Shown here: one piece after another, positions 47,192 through 57,274 of the stretch
How positions within the stretch are numbered: position 1 is the stretch's first letter
Layout: each line of letters begins with the position of its first letter
Virus record (IMG/VR): IMGVR_UViG_3300035698_012707
Coordinates: 1-64,000 of that record
DNA length: 64,000 bases
DNA from: a virus
Reading direction: 5' to 3' (one strand)
Position numbers and translations under genes: made by a program
Notes under the pieces: generated by a model
Databases searched by the model: none
The model's input: only the letters and a program-made list of their open reading frames with translations
What the model was told of the DNA's origin: nothing

Positions 47192-48253
47192 TAATAACTA
47201 AGATGTGTTATGATTGTGAAGACAGCTTTGATATGCCAGAGTCAGAATTATACGATGGGCTAGTTGCTAGACCTATAGACGGAAACAAAAAGAAGTGTGT
47301 AAAGATATGGTTATGCGAAGAGTGCAGACAAGACGCTGAAGATGGTGGAGAAGTAGACGAAGAAGATGTCGACATAGTAGAAGACTTTGATGATAATTCT
47401 ACGGAGATAGATCCGTGATCAATATGTCTTTAGAATATAAAAAAAAATGTCTTTGGCACTTGGAAGGTTTCTGTTGTAAGTATGCACCAGATATAAAAGC
47501 AGCGCATAAGATATGGCAATGCTTTGAAGTCGATGATTATTGCAAAGAATATGAGGAGAGACGTCTTGGAGTATTCAAAAAAGAAAGCAAAGAGAAGACA
47601 TAAAACTATAACAATAATGAAGAAGAGGTTGAATGATGTTAAAAAAATTGATAAAGGGTATTACGAAGATATTATCAAACGCCAACGTAAGGGCCATTTT
47701 CGCAAGTCTAGCAGTTTTGATTGTGGAAATCCTAGTTGTTGGATGTGTCACTTTGATAAGCTAATAGGTAAAAGACCAATTAAAGAACAACCACACGAAG
47801 AAGAGGTAGAATATGAACAGAGCTGAAGAAATGGAACAGGTATGCTTAGACGTACTAAGTAAGAACGGAGTAAACGAAGACGATAGAGTAACGTGTTCAG
47901 AAAACATAACCACAGAACTATTAAAGAAGGGTTACGTTAGGTATGATAGCATAGGATTAGACCCACAGAAATGTGTACAACTACTTGCTACTATCCTCAA
48001 TGGTTTTAAGGCCGAGCACCCGTTTGTTGTAATAGAAACAAGCGAAGAAGAAAAAGAAGAGGTCGTTGATGAAGACAAGTAAGTCTGTTATAAGAAGGAA
48101 GTCTATACAAATGGAACTAACTGACGTACAGAAAGAACTGTCTATGTTCTTCAATGAATGCTTCTTAAAAAGTAATAGCAACCCTATTACAATGGCTAAA
48201 CAATTGACTAAAAAATTTGACGTTGCATTAAAAGCAAAGAAAAGGAGTAAAAG

Positions 48254-48718
48254 TTGAAAGAAATAACAGACAATGAAACAAGAAAGCACATATTAAAAGT
48301 AAACGCATTAATAAGTCTTATGATATGTAGCCTAATAGAACGTAGCCTAAAACATGACAGCAGTAAATTGGGAGATGTAGAGGGACCTATCTTTGATGAG
48401 TTTACTCCTAAGCTATCTGGTTCTACTTATGGTTCGGATGAGTACAAGAGCTTTCTAAAAGAAATGAGCGTAGCATTAGACCATCACTATAAGGAAAACA
48501 GACATCATCCAGAGCATTTCGATAACGGAATAAAGGGTATGTCTTTAATCGACTTAGTGGAAATGCTATGTGATTGGAAAGCCGCAACCCTAAGACATGA
48601 TAATGGTGACATAATCAAGAGCATCAATGTGAATCAGGAAAGATTTGGATACTCAGACGAACTAAAGGGAATACTTTTAAACACAATAAAAGATTTAGGA
48701 TGGGAAGAAAGAGAATGA
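48254..48718 (+). CDS. DUF5662-family HD-like protein
   Basis: HDSSKL, HHYKENRHHPEHF and EMLCDW motifs. Confidence 0.8.
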   Translation: MKEITDNETRKHILKVNALISLMICSLIERSLKHDSSKLGDVEGPIFDEFTPKLSGSTYGSDEYKSFLKEMSVALDHHYKENRHHPEHFDNGIKGMSLIDLVEMLCDWKAATLRHDNGDIIKSINVNQERFGYSDELKGILLNTIKDLGWEERE

Positions 48719-48942
48719 ACAACAAACTATATGTAGATGGTAAATTAAATCCAGAGTTTGATGTACCTATTATTTATTGGTGTCAATGTGAAACAAGAGA
48801 CAAAGGATACACTGCTGGAACATTGGTTTCTAGAGATGAATCCATGAAATCAGACGTTGTTGTATGTAATATATGCAAAGGCCTGGTAAGCCAGGAGCCG
48901 TGGATTGACCAACCTAAAGAGTGGGACGACGAGGAGAATTAG
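48715..48942 (+). CDS. Hypothetical protein, C-terminal tag WDDEEN
   Basis: ORF track. Confidence 0.7.
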   Translation: MNNKLYVDGKLNPEFDVPIIYWCQCETRDKGYTAGTLVSRDESMKSDVVVCNICKGLVSQEPWIDQPKEWDDEEN

Positions 48943-49228
48943 TTAACACAACTTATAATATAACATAGGAGGAAAATGACTAAAGAATCTACGCATCTTA
49001 GAGCTCTCGAAGTGAATAAGATAATTGATATATTACGCAAGGTAGATAAGTCTTATGCTTTTTTTTATGTTAGACCATACATACTGGCTGAACTTCTAGT
49101 AGACGGGGGAGTTAGAACGTCTAAAGGTTTTACTATGGACGCCAGCAGTGAGTATGGAGATAGCTTTATGCATCCAGATATAGTTAACCCTACGGTACTA
49201 TCTATATCACCAACAAATTACGGGAGTA

Positions 49229-49798
49229 ATGATGACTACGAAAGATAGAGTACAAGAAGCATTAAAAATATCAAAAGAAGAACCAAACTATCCAGACAGA
49301 AGTAAGATGATATCTACTGGACAGAGCTTTACTGCATTCTTATACAACTTAACTAAGTTAATGAAGCCTCAGACTATATTTGAGTGGGGTCCAGGACAAT
49401 CTACTCATGCTTTTCTTCTCGGCGACAAAGATGCATGCGTAGTATCTTATGAACATGATAGTAAGTGGGCTGTGAAGTATGAGAAAGACTTGCTGCAGTA
49501 TAAAGAACTTAGATCTAACGTACGTCTTGTGTCAAACACTTTTCCAGGGTCTACCTTAGACTACCTCAACGTACAGAAATATCCGAATGAATCTATGAAC
49601 ATTGTACTAGTTGACGGAGATAAGAGAAGGCTATGCTTTACTACAGCAGAGAGACTAGTCAAAAATGGTGGAGTTGTTCTTGTACATGACTCTAATTCCT
49701 CTGTGCTTTGGAGCAAGCCAGAAACTAACCTTACCTACATAGGAGAGCACGAAGATCCTATCCAAGGTGAAACAACATCAATATACATTAAGGAATAG
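49229..49798 (+). CDS. Class I SAM methyltransferase (paralogue of 54617-55198)
   Basis: IFEWGPGQST, VLVDG and GGVVLVHD motifs. Confidence 0.8.
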   Translation: MMTTKDRVQEALKISKEEPNYPDRSKMISTGQSFTAFLYNLTKLMKPQTIFEWGPGQSTHAFLLGDKDACVVSYEHDSKWAVKYEKDLLQYKELRSNVRLVSNTFPGSTLDYLNVQKYPNESMNIVLVDGDKRRLCFTTAERLVKNGGVVLVHDSNSSVLWSKPETNLTYIGEHEDPIQGETTSIYIKE

Positions 49799-49799
49799 A

Positions 49800-50210
49800 A
49801 TGAAAGATACAATGTGGTTTGAGTTTGTGGCGCCGCTTAAGGTGACAAAGACAAAGACTAAAGACTTTATATTAAACCTAAACAACTACAGGAACGCTCA
49901 CTATCAGGTGTTAAATAAAACCAAGGTAGAGTTCTGTAAGGTTATGGATGAGAGATACCCTGAAGAGTTTGAACCAGCCCCAGGTGAGGTAATGACAACC
50001 TATACAGTATACAGTGGTTCTAAGAGAAAGTTTGACCTACCTAATGTGTGCTCTATAGTACAGAAGTATTTCGAAGACTGGATGACACACAAGGGTATCA
50101 TACCTACAGATGACATCACTGTAATAACAGAGTGTGAGTACAAGTACGGCGGAATAGATAAAGATAATCCAAGAGTAGAAATAACAATAGCATGGGAGGA
50201 TAACAAGTGA
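49800..50210 (+). CDS. RusA-like resolvase
   Basis: KFDLPN..KYFED..GIIPTDD..DKDNPRVEITI. Confidence 0.8.
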   Translation: MKDTMWFEFVAPLKVTKTKTKDFILNLNNYRNAHYQVLNKTKVEFCKVMDERYPEEFEPAPGEVMTTYTVYSGSKRKFDLPNVCSIVQKYFEDWMTHKGIIPTDDITVITECEYKYGGIDKDNPRVEITIAWEDNK

Positions 50211-50546
50211 AGAGAAAAATAAAAGATTTTGTTCTTGTAGCTGACGCATTTGGACCATTACCAATGTGGTCTTTGCAACATCCGACAAAAGAAATTAAAG
50301 ATTGCTTTATGATATATCAGGTATTAGACACGCCAAAGAAAAAGTGGCCTAAGTGGATGAAAAAACTAGCAGAAATAGAAAAGTATTGCAATAAGTTGAC
50401 TAAAGATTTGATGGACGTAGAAGCATATGTTTCTGGGGAAGTTGTGTACAGCAACAAATACGACGGAAAAAAGAGTAGACACATACTAGATCTAAAAATA
50501 GGTTTTGTAGACATAAGAGGATGGTATCCTACGGGGGGCGATAGCA

Positions 50547-51074
50547 GTGAATGATATAATGGTAGACATAGAAACGCTTGGGACAAAAGTTGACTCAGTT
50601 ATAACACAGATAGGTGCATGTTATTTCGATAGATACTCAGGTAAGATAGGTAAAAGGTTTTTAGCTAACGTGGAGATAAATAGTTGTTTAGAGAGAGGGT
50701 TCTCTGTTACTGGTGGATCAATTAAGTTTTGGCTCGAGCGAAAAGAAAACGCTACGTTCCTTAAGAAGCCCATACCTATATCAAAAGCTTTAGCAGAGTT
50801 TGGTAACTTCATAAATAAGAAGGCTATGCTATGGTCTCACGTTACCTTTGATATGGTCTTGTTGAAATCAGCATACCAACTAGTAGGACAAGGCGCACCC
50901 TTCTCTTATAGGAACACCTTAGACATAAGAACACTAGTCAATATCTCAGGGGTAAAGCCGGAGAAAAAAGAAGGCGAGGATCCTAAGAGTCATGATGCCC
51001 TAGAGGATTGTTTATATCAAGTAGAGTATTGTACTAAGTGCTTTAATGCACTCAAGGAGAATGATGGCAAGTAA
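50547..51074 (+). CDS. DEDDh 3'-5' exonuclease/exoribonuclease
   Basis: IMVDIETLG, FDMVLL, LDIRT and HDALEDC motifs. Confidence 0.85.
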   Translation: MNDIMVDIETLGTKVDSVITQIGACYFDRYSGKIGKRFLANVEINSCLERGFSVTGGSIKFWLERKENATFLKKPIPISKALAEFGNFINKKAMLWSHVTFDMVLLKSAYQLVGQGAPFSYRNTLDIRTLVNISGVKPEKKEGEDPKSHDALEDCLYQVEYCTKCFNALKENDGK

Positions 51075-51396
51075 ATGGTGGTATATAAAACAATGGTGGA
51101 AAGAAGATATGTTGTTATGCAGTATTTGGGAATGGATTAAAGACACGTTTGCTTTCCTATTATGGTTAATTTTATTCTTCCCAACTAAATTATTAATTTA
51201 TATTTTAAATTGGTGTAACGAGACTCTATCAGGACAATCAGTAGAACTTAAATATTACTGGAAACACGGAGGGAAACGATGAAACTTATATTAATAACTT
51301 TAGCAAGCTATCTATTCTGTGACGACCCAACACCTAACCCAGAGTTTGATAACCTCACCTTCATAGGTAGGTTTAATTACTTTAAAAATCAACTAG

Positions 51397-51585
51397 ATGA
51401 GTAGGAGAAAACCAATGAACAAAGAAAGAATATACAGTATAGGTGAAGGCGTAGTAGGTTGGATAGATAGACCTCATGTGGATATATCCTATGAACCTGC
51501 TTTAGTGACGCCAGAATACAAGAACTATATAGACACAGAAAATTTCACATGTTCAGACGGATGGGATCCGGCAAAGAATAAATAA
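51397..51585 (+). CDS. Hypothetical protein, C-terminal tag WDPAKN(K)
   Basis: Last + strand ORF. Confidence 0.6.
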   Translation: MSRRKPMNKERIYSIGEGVVGWIDRPHVDISYEPALVTPEYKNYIDTENFTCSDGWDPAKNK

Positions 51586-51806
51586 TAAATTTGTACAACA
51601 TATCAGTTAAGCCTCTGATTACGCGCAACACGCCTCTCTTTAGAAGCGCTTCTCGCCTATGTTCATGCTAAAACGAACTGTTCTATGTTGGTACAGTTAC
51701 AGGTCTTGGAAGATGAGCAGTATGCAACGCGGAGTATACTACGATCACCCTTTAAATCCTGTGACACAACCCCGGAAAGATGTATTCGCGAAAGCATCTT
51801 AGGGGC

Positions 51807-51863
51807 AAAAAAGTAGGGTAGTTTATCGGAGGCGTTTAGTCCCCGACGAGCTACCCTATTTTT
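51807..51863. terminator. Bidirectional terminator at the strand convergence
   Basis: AAAAAAGTAGGGTAGTT...AGCTACCCTATTTTT. Confidence 0.75.
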
Positions 51864-51882
51864 ATTAGACTTTACAATCTAC

Positions 51883-52086
51883 TTACAGTTTAACTACATT
51901 CTGTGCTTGTGGACCCTTTTCGCCTTCCTCTATATCGAATGTCACTTCTTGGCCTTCGTCTAGTGTCTTGTATCCCTCGTCCTGTATCGCTGAGAAGTGT
52001 ACAAATACATCTGTTTCGCCGTCTTCTGGGGTAATAAATCCAAACGCTTTCTGATTGCTAAACCATTTTACTTTTCCTTTTGCCAT
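51883..52086 (-). CDS. csp: Cold-shock protein
   Basis: [27 protein letters not shown]. Confidence 0.95.
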   Translation of the reverse strand: MAKGKVKWFSNQKAFGFITPEDGETDVFVHFSAIQDEGYKTLDEGQEVTFDIEEGEKGPQAQNVVKL

Positions 52087-52116
52087 GTTTCTACGTTCTC
52101 CTTTTGTTAAGCTATG

Positions 52117-52719
52117 TTATATATTAAGCACTAGCTCGTTGTTGTTGTGTATAAGTTTGTATCTCTTTGACGCGCAGAAAAGCTCGTCTCCAACATAAAA
52201 CCTACACCTATGAGTCGGTTCTCCCGACCATGCTTCTTCGTAAGGTACAACTGCATAAATAGATTTGAATGCAGCGTCCTTCATTCTAGGTATTACTTTT
52301 CCTAGTAGTTCTTCTCTAGTGAAATGCTCTAGCATATGAGACGAGAATACATATTCATACTCTCTTGGTAGAGAATTTACTAGTATATCTAACTTATAGA
52401 AGTCTATATCATAATCTTTAAGTCCTATAGATGCTTCTTCTATCCTGTCTACACAACCAATTCTTCCGAGGTTCTTACACTTCTCTCTTATCATCTTAGC
52501 TAGATCAGGGTGTCCACTACCTATTATAAGCAATGAAGAACCCTTTCTAAGACCATTAAATATTTCATCAGCGTATCTCTGGATCTTTAGGTCATCTATT
52601 TCTGGCAAAGGATTAGAGTATCTATCTATATAAATCTTATCCAGTGTGCTCTCACTCTTTGAGTCAGGCACTTCATATGTCTTTCTCTGTGTTATGTTTG
52701 GGGTCTTTATCCAGTCCAT
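52117..52719 (-). CDS. SAM-dependent methyltransferase
   Basis: LLIIGSG and VFSSHMLEH motifs. Confidence 0.7.
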   Translation of the reverse strand: MDWIKTPNITQRKTYEVPDSKSESTLDKIYIDRYSNPLPEIDDLKIQRYADEIFNGLRKGSSLLIIGSGHPDLAKMIREKCKNLGRIGCVDRIEEASIGLKDYDIDFYKLDILVNSLPREYEYVFSSHMLEHFTREELLGKVIPRMKDAAFKSIYAVVPYEEAWSGEPTHRCRFYVGDELFCASKRYKLIHNNNELVLNI

Positions 52720-52825
52720 TACTCTCCTAAATTAAACATTTGCAAACTCCTCACCACAAGTCTGACACTTCCATATCTCAGTTGAATCTTTAACCTTAAA
52801 GTAAACTATATCTCCGCTACCGCAT

Positions 52826-53650
52826 TCAGGACAAATCATGTGACCTCCCAAGCTTTGCTTTAATCTTCTTTAGTTTGTATATTATACTTCTCTCATGATA
52901 CCCTGTAGTTAAGGCCATCTCTCTGGTAGATATCTTCTTACCATTAGGATCACACTCGTACCGTAACCACAATAGATATCTCTCCATCTCTGATAGTTCT
53001 GAGAAGGGAGCAGTTGCTGTGTCTCCCCACACCCAGTCCTTTAAGTCAATCCCTATTCCCACACCTAGTGGATCGTTGTCATAATTAGGTTCATCCGCAC
53101 AAATCTCGTCCTTGAACTCGAGGCAAACCTGTCCAGTAACAACGTCTTGGCTCTTCTTAATCACCCACTTACATAGCTTATACCTGATGTTAACCTGAAC
53201 ATAATGAGCGAATGAGATTCTATGGTTTTCTTCATTCCTATTGTATGTTACTGTCTCATACTTCTCTAGTAGCTCAAGAAAAGATACTATGAGATCATGA
53301 TGTATGTCCTCTGGTTCAAATCTAAGGAGAGCTCTTCTTATCATGTGTATATATGATCCAACCTTACCTAAATAGACCTTGTTGTTCATGCGGTCTTCTT
53401 TCTTCATGAAGAGCCTGAGGAAACTTTTAGTGTCGCTGTTATTCACATCAACACCGTTCCCTCGACCCGTCATGATTGAAACATACTTTCTAAAGTAAGC
53501 ATGAAATGAATCAAGAAGCGCATCTCTATACACTATGTCCCCGGTCTGTTTGAAAGCATCCACTAAATAGTTTATATATTCAACAGAAGCATTAAGACCT
53601 GGATCATCCTTTCTTATGTATTTCTCCACTGTTATCTCTTTCTCTTGCAT
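52826..53650 (-). CDS. Sigma-factor-like protein
   Basis: EDIHHDL..FLELL, SFAHYV, LSEMERYLLWLRY and C-terminal HTH. Confidence 0.7.
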   Translation of the reverse strand: MQEKEITVEKYIRKDDPGLNASVEYINYLVDAFKQTGDIVYRDALLDSFHAYFRKYVSIMTGRGNGVDVNNSDTKSFLRLFMKKEDRMNNKVYLGKVGSYIHMIRRALLRFEPEDIHHDLIVSFLELLEKYETVTYNRNEENHRISFAHYVQVNIRYKLCKWVIKKSQDVVTGQVCLEFKDEICADEPNYDNDPLGVGIGIDLKDWVWGDTATAPFSELSEMERYLLWLRYECDPNGKKISTREMALTTGYHERSIIYKLKKIKAKLGRSHDLS

Positions 53651-54592
53651 AGCATTCCTCACATATACATCTTGAAGAAACCTGGGAATCAGTATCCTTT
53701 ATGAGAGAGGCGCATCGCTTCCCACACTCAGGACATTGAAATTGATCAGGCTTATTTTTTTCCACTGGTTCTCCGTGTTTTTCGAGTTGGTCGTTTAACT
53801 CCACGTTTCCTCCGAGTTGGTTTTTTGGTAGCTTTCTTCTTGCTTGCTACCTTTTTCTTTGGCTTCTTCAATGGGAAAGCTAGATGTTTATAGTCTTTAA
53901 CAAACTGTTGTAAAGCTACTATCAAACCTTTACTTATGTATCTTCTCCACTGAAGTTGCGTTAGGATATAGTGCTCACTTTTATAGACAAGCACAGTCCT
54001 CTCAGGAGCATACGTTATGTGATGTTCCTGGATAACAGGTTTTAAAGGCGTACCCTTTACCTTATTAGTTACTATCTTTGGTTTCTTTTTAGGCATTTCC
54101 TCTTCCTTTTCCGCGACCTTTTCCTTTGCCTTTTCCTGGTTTTGCATCGCCCTTCTTGCCTACTCGTGGTGTTCCACCACAAGAACCTTTTTTAGCTGTA
54201 GCCATGTGTCCTCCTTAAACTAGTGTGTTTACGTTTTCTCCAGCCTTATCGTCCGTAGGTGCTTCAGGCTGAGTTGGAATAGCATCTAAATCTACTGGAA
54301 CTTTTACTTTTGGTGCTGCAGGGGCTGCGGGTTGTCCTGGTTGCTGAGGTCTGTCAACCTGGTTGATTGCTCCATCCTTATCCACATAGTAGTCTTTCCC
54401 GCCGTCAAGTTTATATTCTGCAGCAATTCCATTCCACCATGTCTTAAGATTAACGTCTATCTCTTCTCTCTGTTTCTTTAGTTTGTATACCCTGTAGTCA
54501 GAAGATCCTATAGATTGTTCTATCTGCTGCGCTGTTAATACAAGATCAGTGTACAATTTCTTTTGTTCGTCTTTGATTTGAATCTGTTCCAT
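53604..54592 (-). CDS. Hypothetical ORFs (53604-53804, 53752-54147, 54215-54592)
   Basis: ORF track. Confidence 0.6.
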
Positions 54593-54616
54593 TTTTCTTA
54601 TTACTCCTTTGTTAAA

Positions 54617-55198
54617 TTAATTATCTTTCCTTACCCAGATTGACGTATCACATCTGTTTCTCGTATGTGTTCCAACGAAATCTACGATGTCTGGGTTCAA
54701 TGCTCCGTTTAAACTGTCAAAATAATTGGGGTACTGCGTATCGTGCGCAAATATAACCCCTCCTTTCTTGACTATTCTTTCTGCCTGGGGCATACAGTTT
54801 GCCCTTCCGCCTCCGTCTACTAAAACTATATCATATGTTTCATCAGGATCAGTAGGATTCATATACTCTTTTGCTAGTGCTGGGTTATGAGGCCACACGC
54901 GAGCGTCTAGTCTGTTCAACCACTGTGGATCCTTTTCTTTTATTAATTTTAAGAATTTGTCAGCCCACATCTGATGTTCCTCGTGCACTGTTACTAGTAC
55001 ATTTGGGTCAGAGAAGAGCCACACCGAAGTTGACTGTCCCATACCCCACTCAAATACTTTCTCAGGTTTCATCATCTGGACTATAGTATAAAAGAATGGA
55101 GTAAAACTCTGCTCTGAAGATATCAGTTTTTCATAGCTTGGTATGCTATTATTTTCTAGAGCTTTGCTTATCATGTTTTTTGTGTCAGTATATTTCAT
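54617..55198 (-). CDS. Class I SAM methyltransferase
   Basis: VFEWGMGQST, IVLVDG and GGVIFAHD motifs. Confidence 0.8.
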   Translation of the reverse strand: MKYTDTKNMISKALENNSIPSYEKLISSEQSFTPFFYTIVQMMKPEKVFEWGMGQSTSVWLFSDPNVLVTVHEEHQMWADKFLKLIKEKDPQWLNRLDARVWPHNPALAKEYMNPTDPDETYDIVLVDGGGRANCMPQAERIVKKGGVIFAHDTQYPNYFDSLNGALNPDIVDFVGTHTRNRCDTSIWVRKDN

Positions 55199-55206
55199 TC
55201 TTCTCC

Positions 55207-55902
55207 TTAATTTAAAAACTTACCCTCTACTATATCATTGAAGTGATTATTGTGATCACCAGCTCCTACCTTTTCTCCATATATAACCATCATATCATCT
55301 CTCTTGACGGTTGTTATGTTTTCAAATCCACTCATAGCTAACTGAGCTTTTGCTTGCCAGTCCTCAATTACGTTCACGTGGTGGGGACTTGACTGCACTG
55401 GCATATGTTTCTCTCCTATAGGAACCTCTAGCAGTATTTTACCGCCGTTCTTAAGCACTCTATTCATCTCTAGACCTAATAGTATCGGTGCCGGAGAGTG
55501 TTCATAGGTTTGGAACCCTATGACTGCATCAAAAGTACGTGTTGGAAAATCCATAAAGTGCATGTCCATATAATATAAGTCTACCTTATGCAATTCTTTG
55601 CCTCTGCTTAGATTCATCTGTCCAACAGTAACGCCAGTCACATCTTTCCATCCAGCATCCATAAGTAGCCTCGTCTCTGATCCATCCCCTGCCCCAAGCT
55701 CTAAGATCCTTATGTTCTTGTCTGGCAAGTATGTTTCTAGATGTTCTACGTATTTATGCTTATGCTGTGGTTGTACCGGACTTAATTCATCCCAGTTGTC
55801 TCCGTCTTGACTTCGCATATAAGAAGCCCATGTGTTTCCTATTCTCTTCCGGAGTGCGTCCGTGTAGTACCTATTCATATTCCCATGACCGCTTTCACTC
55901 AT
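55207..55902 (-). CDS. SAM methyltransferase
   Basis: ILELGAGDG, FDAVI and RVLKNGG motifs. Confidence 0.85.
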   Translation of the reverse strand: MSESGHGNMNRYYTDALRKRIGNTWASYMRSQDGDNWDELSPVQPQHKHKYVEHLETYLPDKNIRILELGAGDGSETRLLMDAGWKDVTGVTVGQMNLSRGKELHKVDLYYMDMHFMDFPTRTFDAVIGFQTYEHSPAPILLGLEMNRVLKNGGKILLEVPIGEKHMPVQSSPHHVNVIEDWQAKAQLAMSGFENITTVKRDDMMVIYGEKVGAGDHNNHFNDIVEGKFLN

Positions 55903-56501
55903 TACTTCTCCTTTGCGAATAGGTAGTGGTCTTCAAGTCCTATGCTATTCTTGTGCCAAAACTTAATAAGTTTAAATCCATGTCTTTGACATAGGTCTAC
56001 CCATCCCTGCTGTGTTCTACCAGTAGCAACATTCTCTTTATTAGTGCTCTCAGTTATGAACATTACTCCGCCTGGCTTTAATGCATCGTACATCTTAGGC
56101 ATTATCTTTTCCTGCTCGGCATGAAGGTTATGTTGCAACACAGCTACAGTAAATACCATGTCGTATTCTTCTTTGTAATCCATATCCCAAAGAGCAGAAT
56201 GAACCCACTCGTTGTCTGGTTTATTTTTTCTACACTGCACCAAAGCTTTCTCGCATTGGTCTACTCCGGTATACTTAAACCCATAATTTTTTAATACATC
56301 TGCCCATCTACCTACGTGGCATCCACAGTCAAGTGCTTTCCATTTTGAAGGTTCTGTATCTGTTTTAATAGATTCCTTAGAATCTTCAAACATAGAGCTG
56401 CCATCGCTTCCATAGTAAATCTCATGATCACCCTCCATTACCTGGTCAACATGTACTCCCCAACTTATATTGTCTCCAAACATTCCATCAATATCACTCA
56501 T
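55902..56501 (-). CDS. SAM methyltransferase
   Basis: ALDCGCHVG, GVD and ALKPGG motifs. Confidence 0.85.
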   Translation of the reverse strand: MSDIDGMFGDNISWGVHVDQVMEGDHEIYYGSDGSSMFEDSKESIKTDTEPSKWKALDCGCHVGRWADVLKNYGFKYTGVDQCEKALVQCRKNKPDNEWVHSALWDMDYKEEYDMVFTVAVLQHNLHAEQEKIMPKMYDALKPGGVMFITESTNKENVATGRTQQGWVDLCQRHGFKLIKFWHKNSIGLEDHYLFAKEK

Positions 56502-57016
56502 TTCTTCCTCCACCCTTGTAAGTTTGTTTTCTTTTCGTCGCACAGCTCTTTCTCTACAGACTCAAATTCATCTGTTCCAACTGCTTCTTTAATATCGTCC
56601 CATCCAAATTGGTCATTCCAATCATGACAGAATACATAATCTCCTGACTTTAAGTGAGGTGCATATAACTTAACCTCTTCAGCCTTTGACTCACCGTCGC
56701 ACATAAGAAAAACTTTTCCTGAGTGCTCTATTAAGTACATTATTTCATTAACAGTTGATGGATCAAAACAATCTTTAAGCCTAAGGTCTATGTTTGGCAT
56801 ACCCATAAGCTTTCTAGAAGTCCTATCTAATATGTCGTATGTAATAATGGGGGCAAACTCTGAAAAGAATACAGTGCACCCACCCATACCGGTACCTATC
56901 TCAATTATCTTGTCTGGCTTATGATCTTTTAGTATCTTGTCCAGCACAGCAAATGCTGGTTCAGTCTGTTGATGCTCAACTTCTTTATAAAAATGTGACC
57001 CTTCTCTGTATAGCAT
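56498..57016 (-). CDS. CmcI/Methyltransf_24-like methyltransferase
   Basis: KPDKIIEIGTGMGG and LKSGDYVFCHD motifs. Confidence 0.75.
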   Translation of the reverse strand: MLYREGSHFYKEVEHQQTEPAFAVLDKILKDHKPDKIIEIGTGMGGCTVFFSEFAPIITYDILDRTSRKLMGMPNIDLRLKDCFDPSTVNEIMYLIEHSGKVFLMCDGESKAEEVKLYAPHLKSGDYVFCHDWNDQFGWDDIKEAVGTDEFESVEKELCDEKKTNLQGWRKK

Positions 57017-57274
57017 TAATCTCCTCCCTTAAACCAAAACATTTACGTCGCCAGAAGAAAGATCATCTTCTAATAGACTATTTGTAATTTTACCCTCTGG
57101 GTTTCCCTCACCAGTCTTATAATATATTGTGGAGGGAAAAGAAGTATTCCTCTCCTCCTACAGCCTTTATCTCAACATATCTGTCTTTTACGGACACTTG
57201 GTCTTTGTTTTTTATACCTATGTTAACAACGTCTCCATCGCCCCTAGACTCTTTTAGTACTATTCTTATATACA

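Noticed and set aside
1176-50812. Numerous - strand ORFs in the + arm (and + strand ORFs beyond 54.8 kb)
   Set aside because: Phe/Ser/Leu-rich antisense shadows of real genes, without SD sites or motifs.
3501-51585. WDxExN as a mere by-product of Shine-Dalgarno (GGAG) sequences for the next gene
   Set aside because: This may bias Glu codons in some copies (3751, 3986, 4471). However, many copies have no GGAG (3501, 4815, 5301, 13975), several are followed by a separate SD after the stop, 8 copies are N-terminal, and an SD cannot explain the invariant Trp and Asn.
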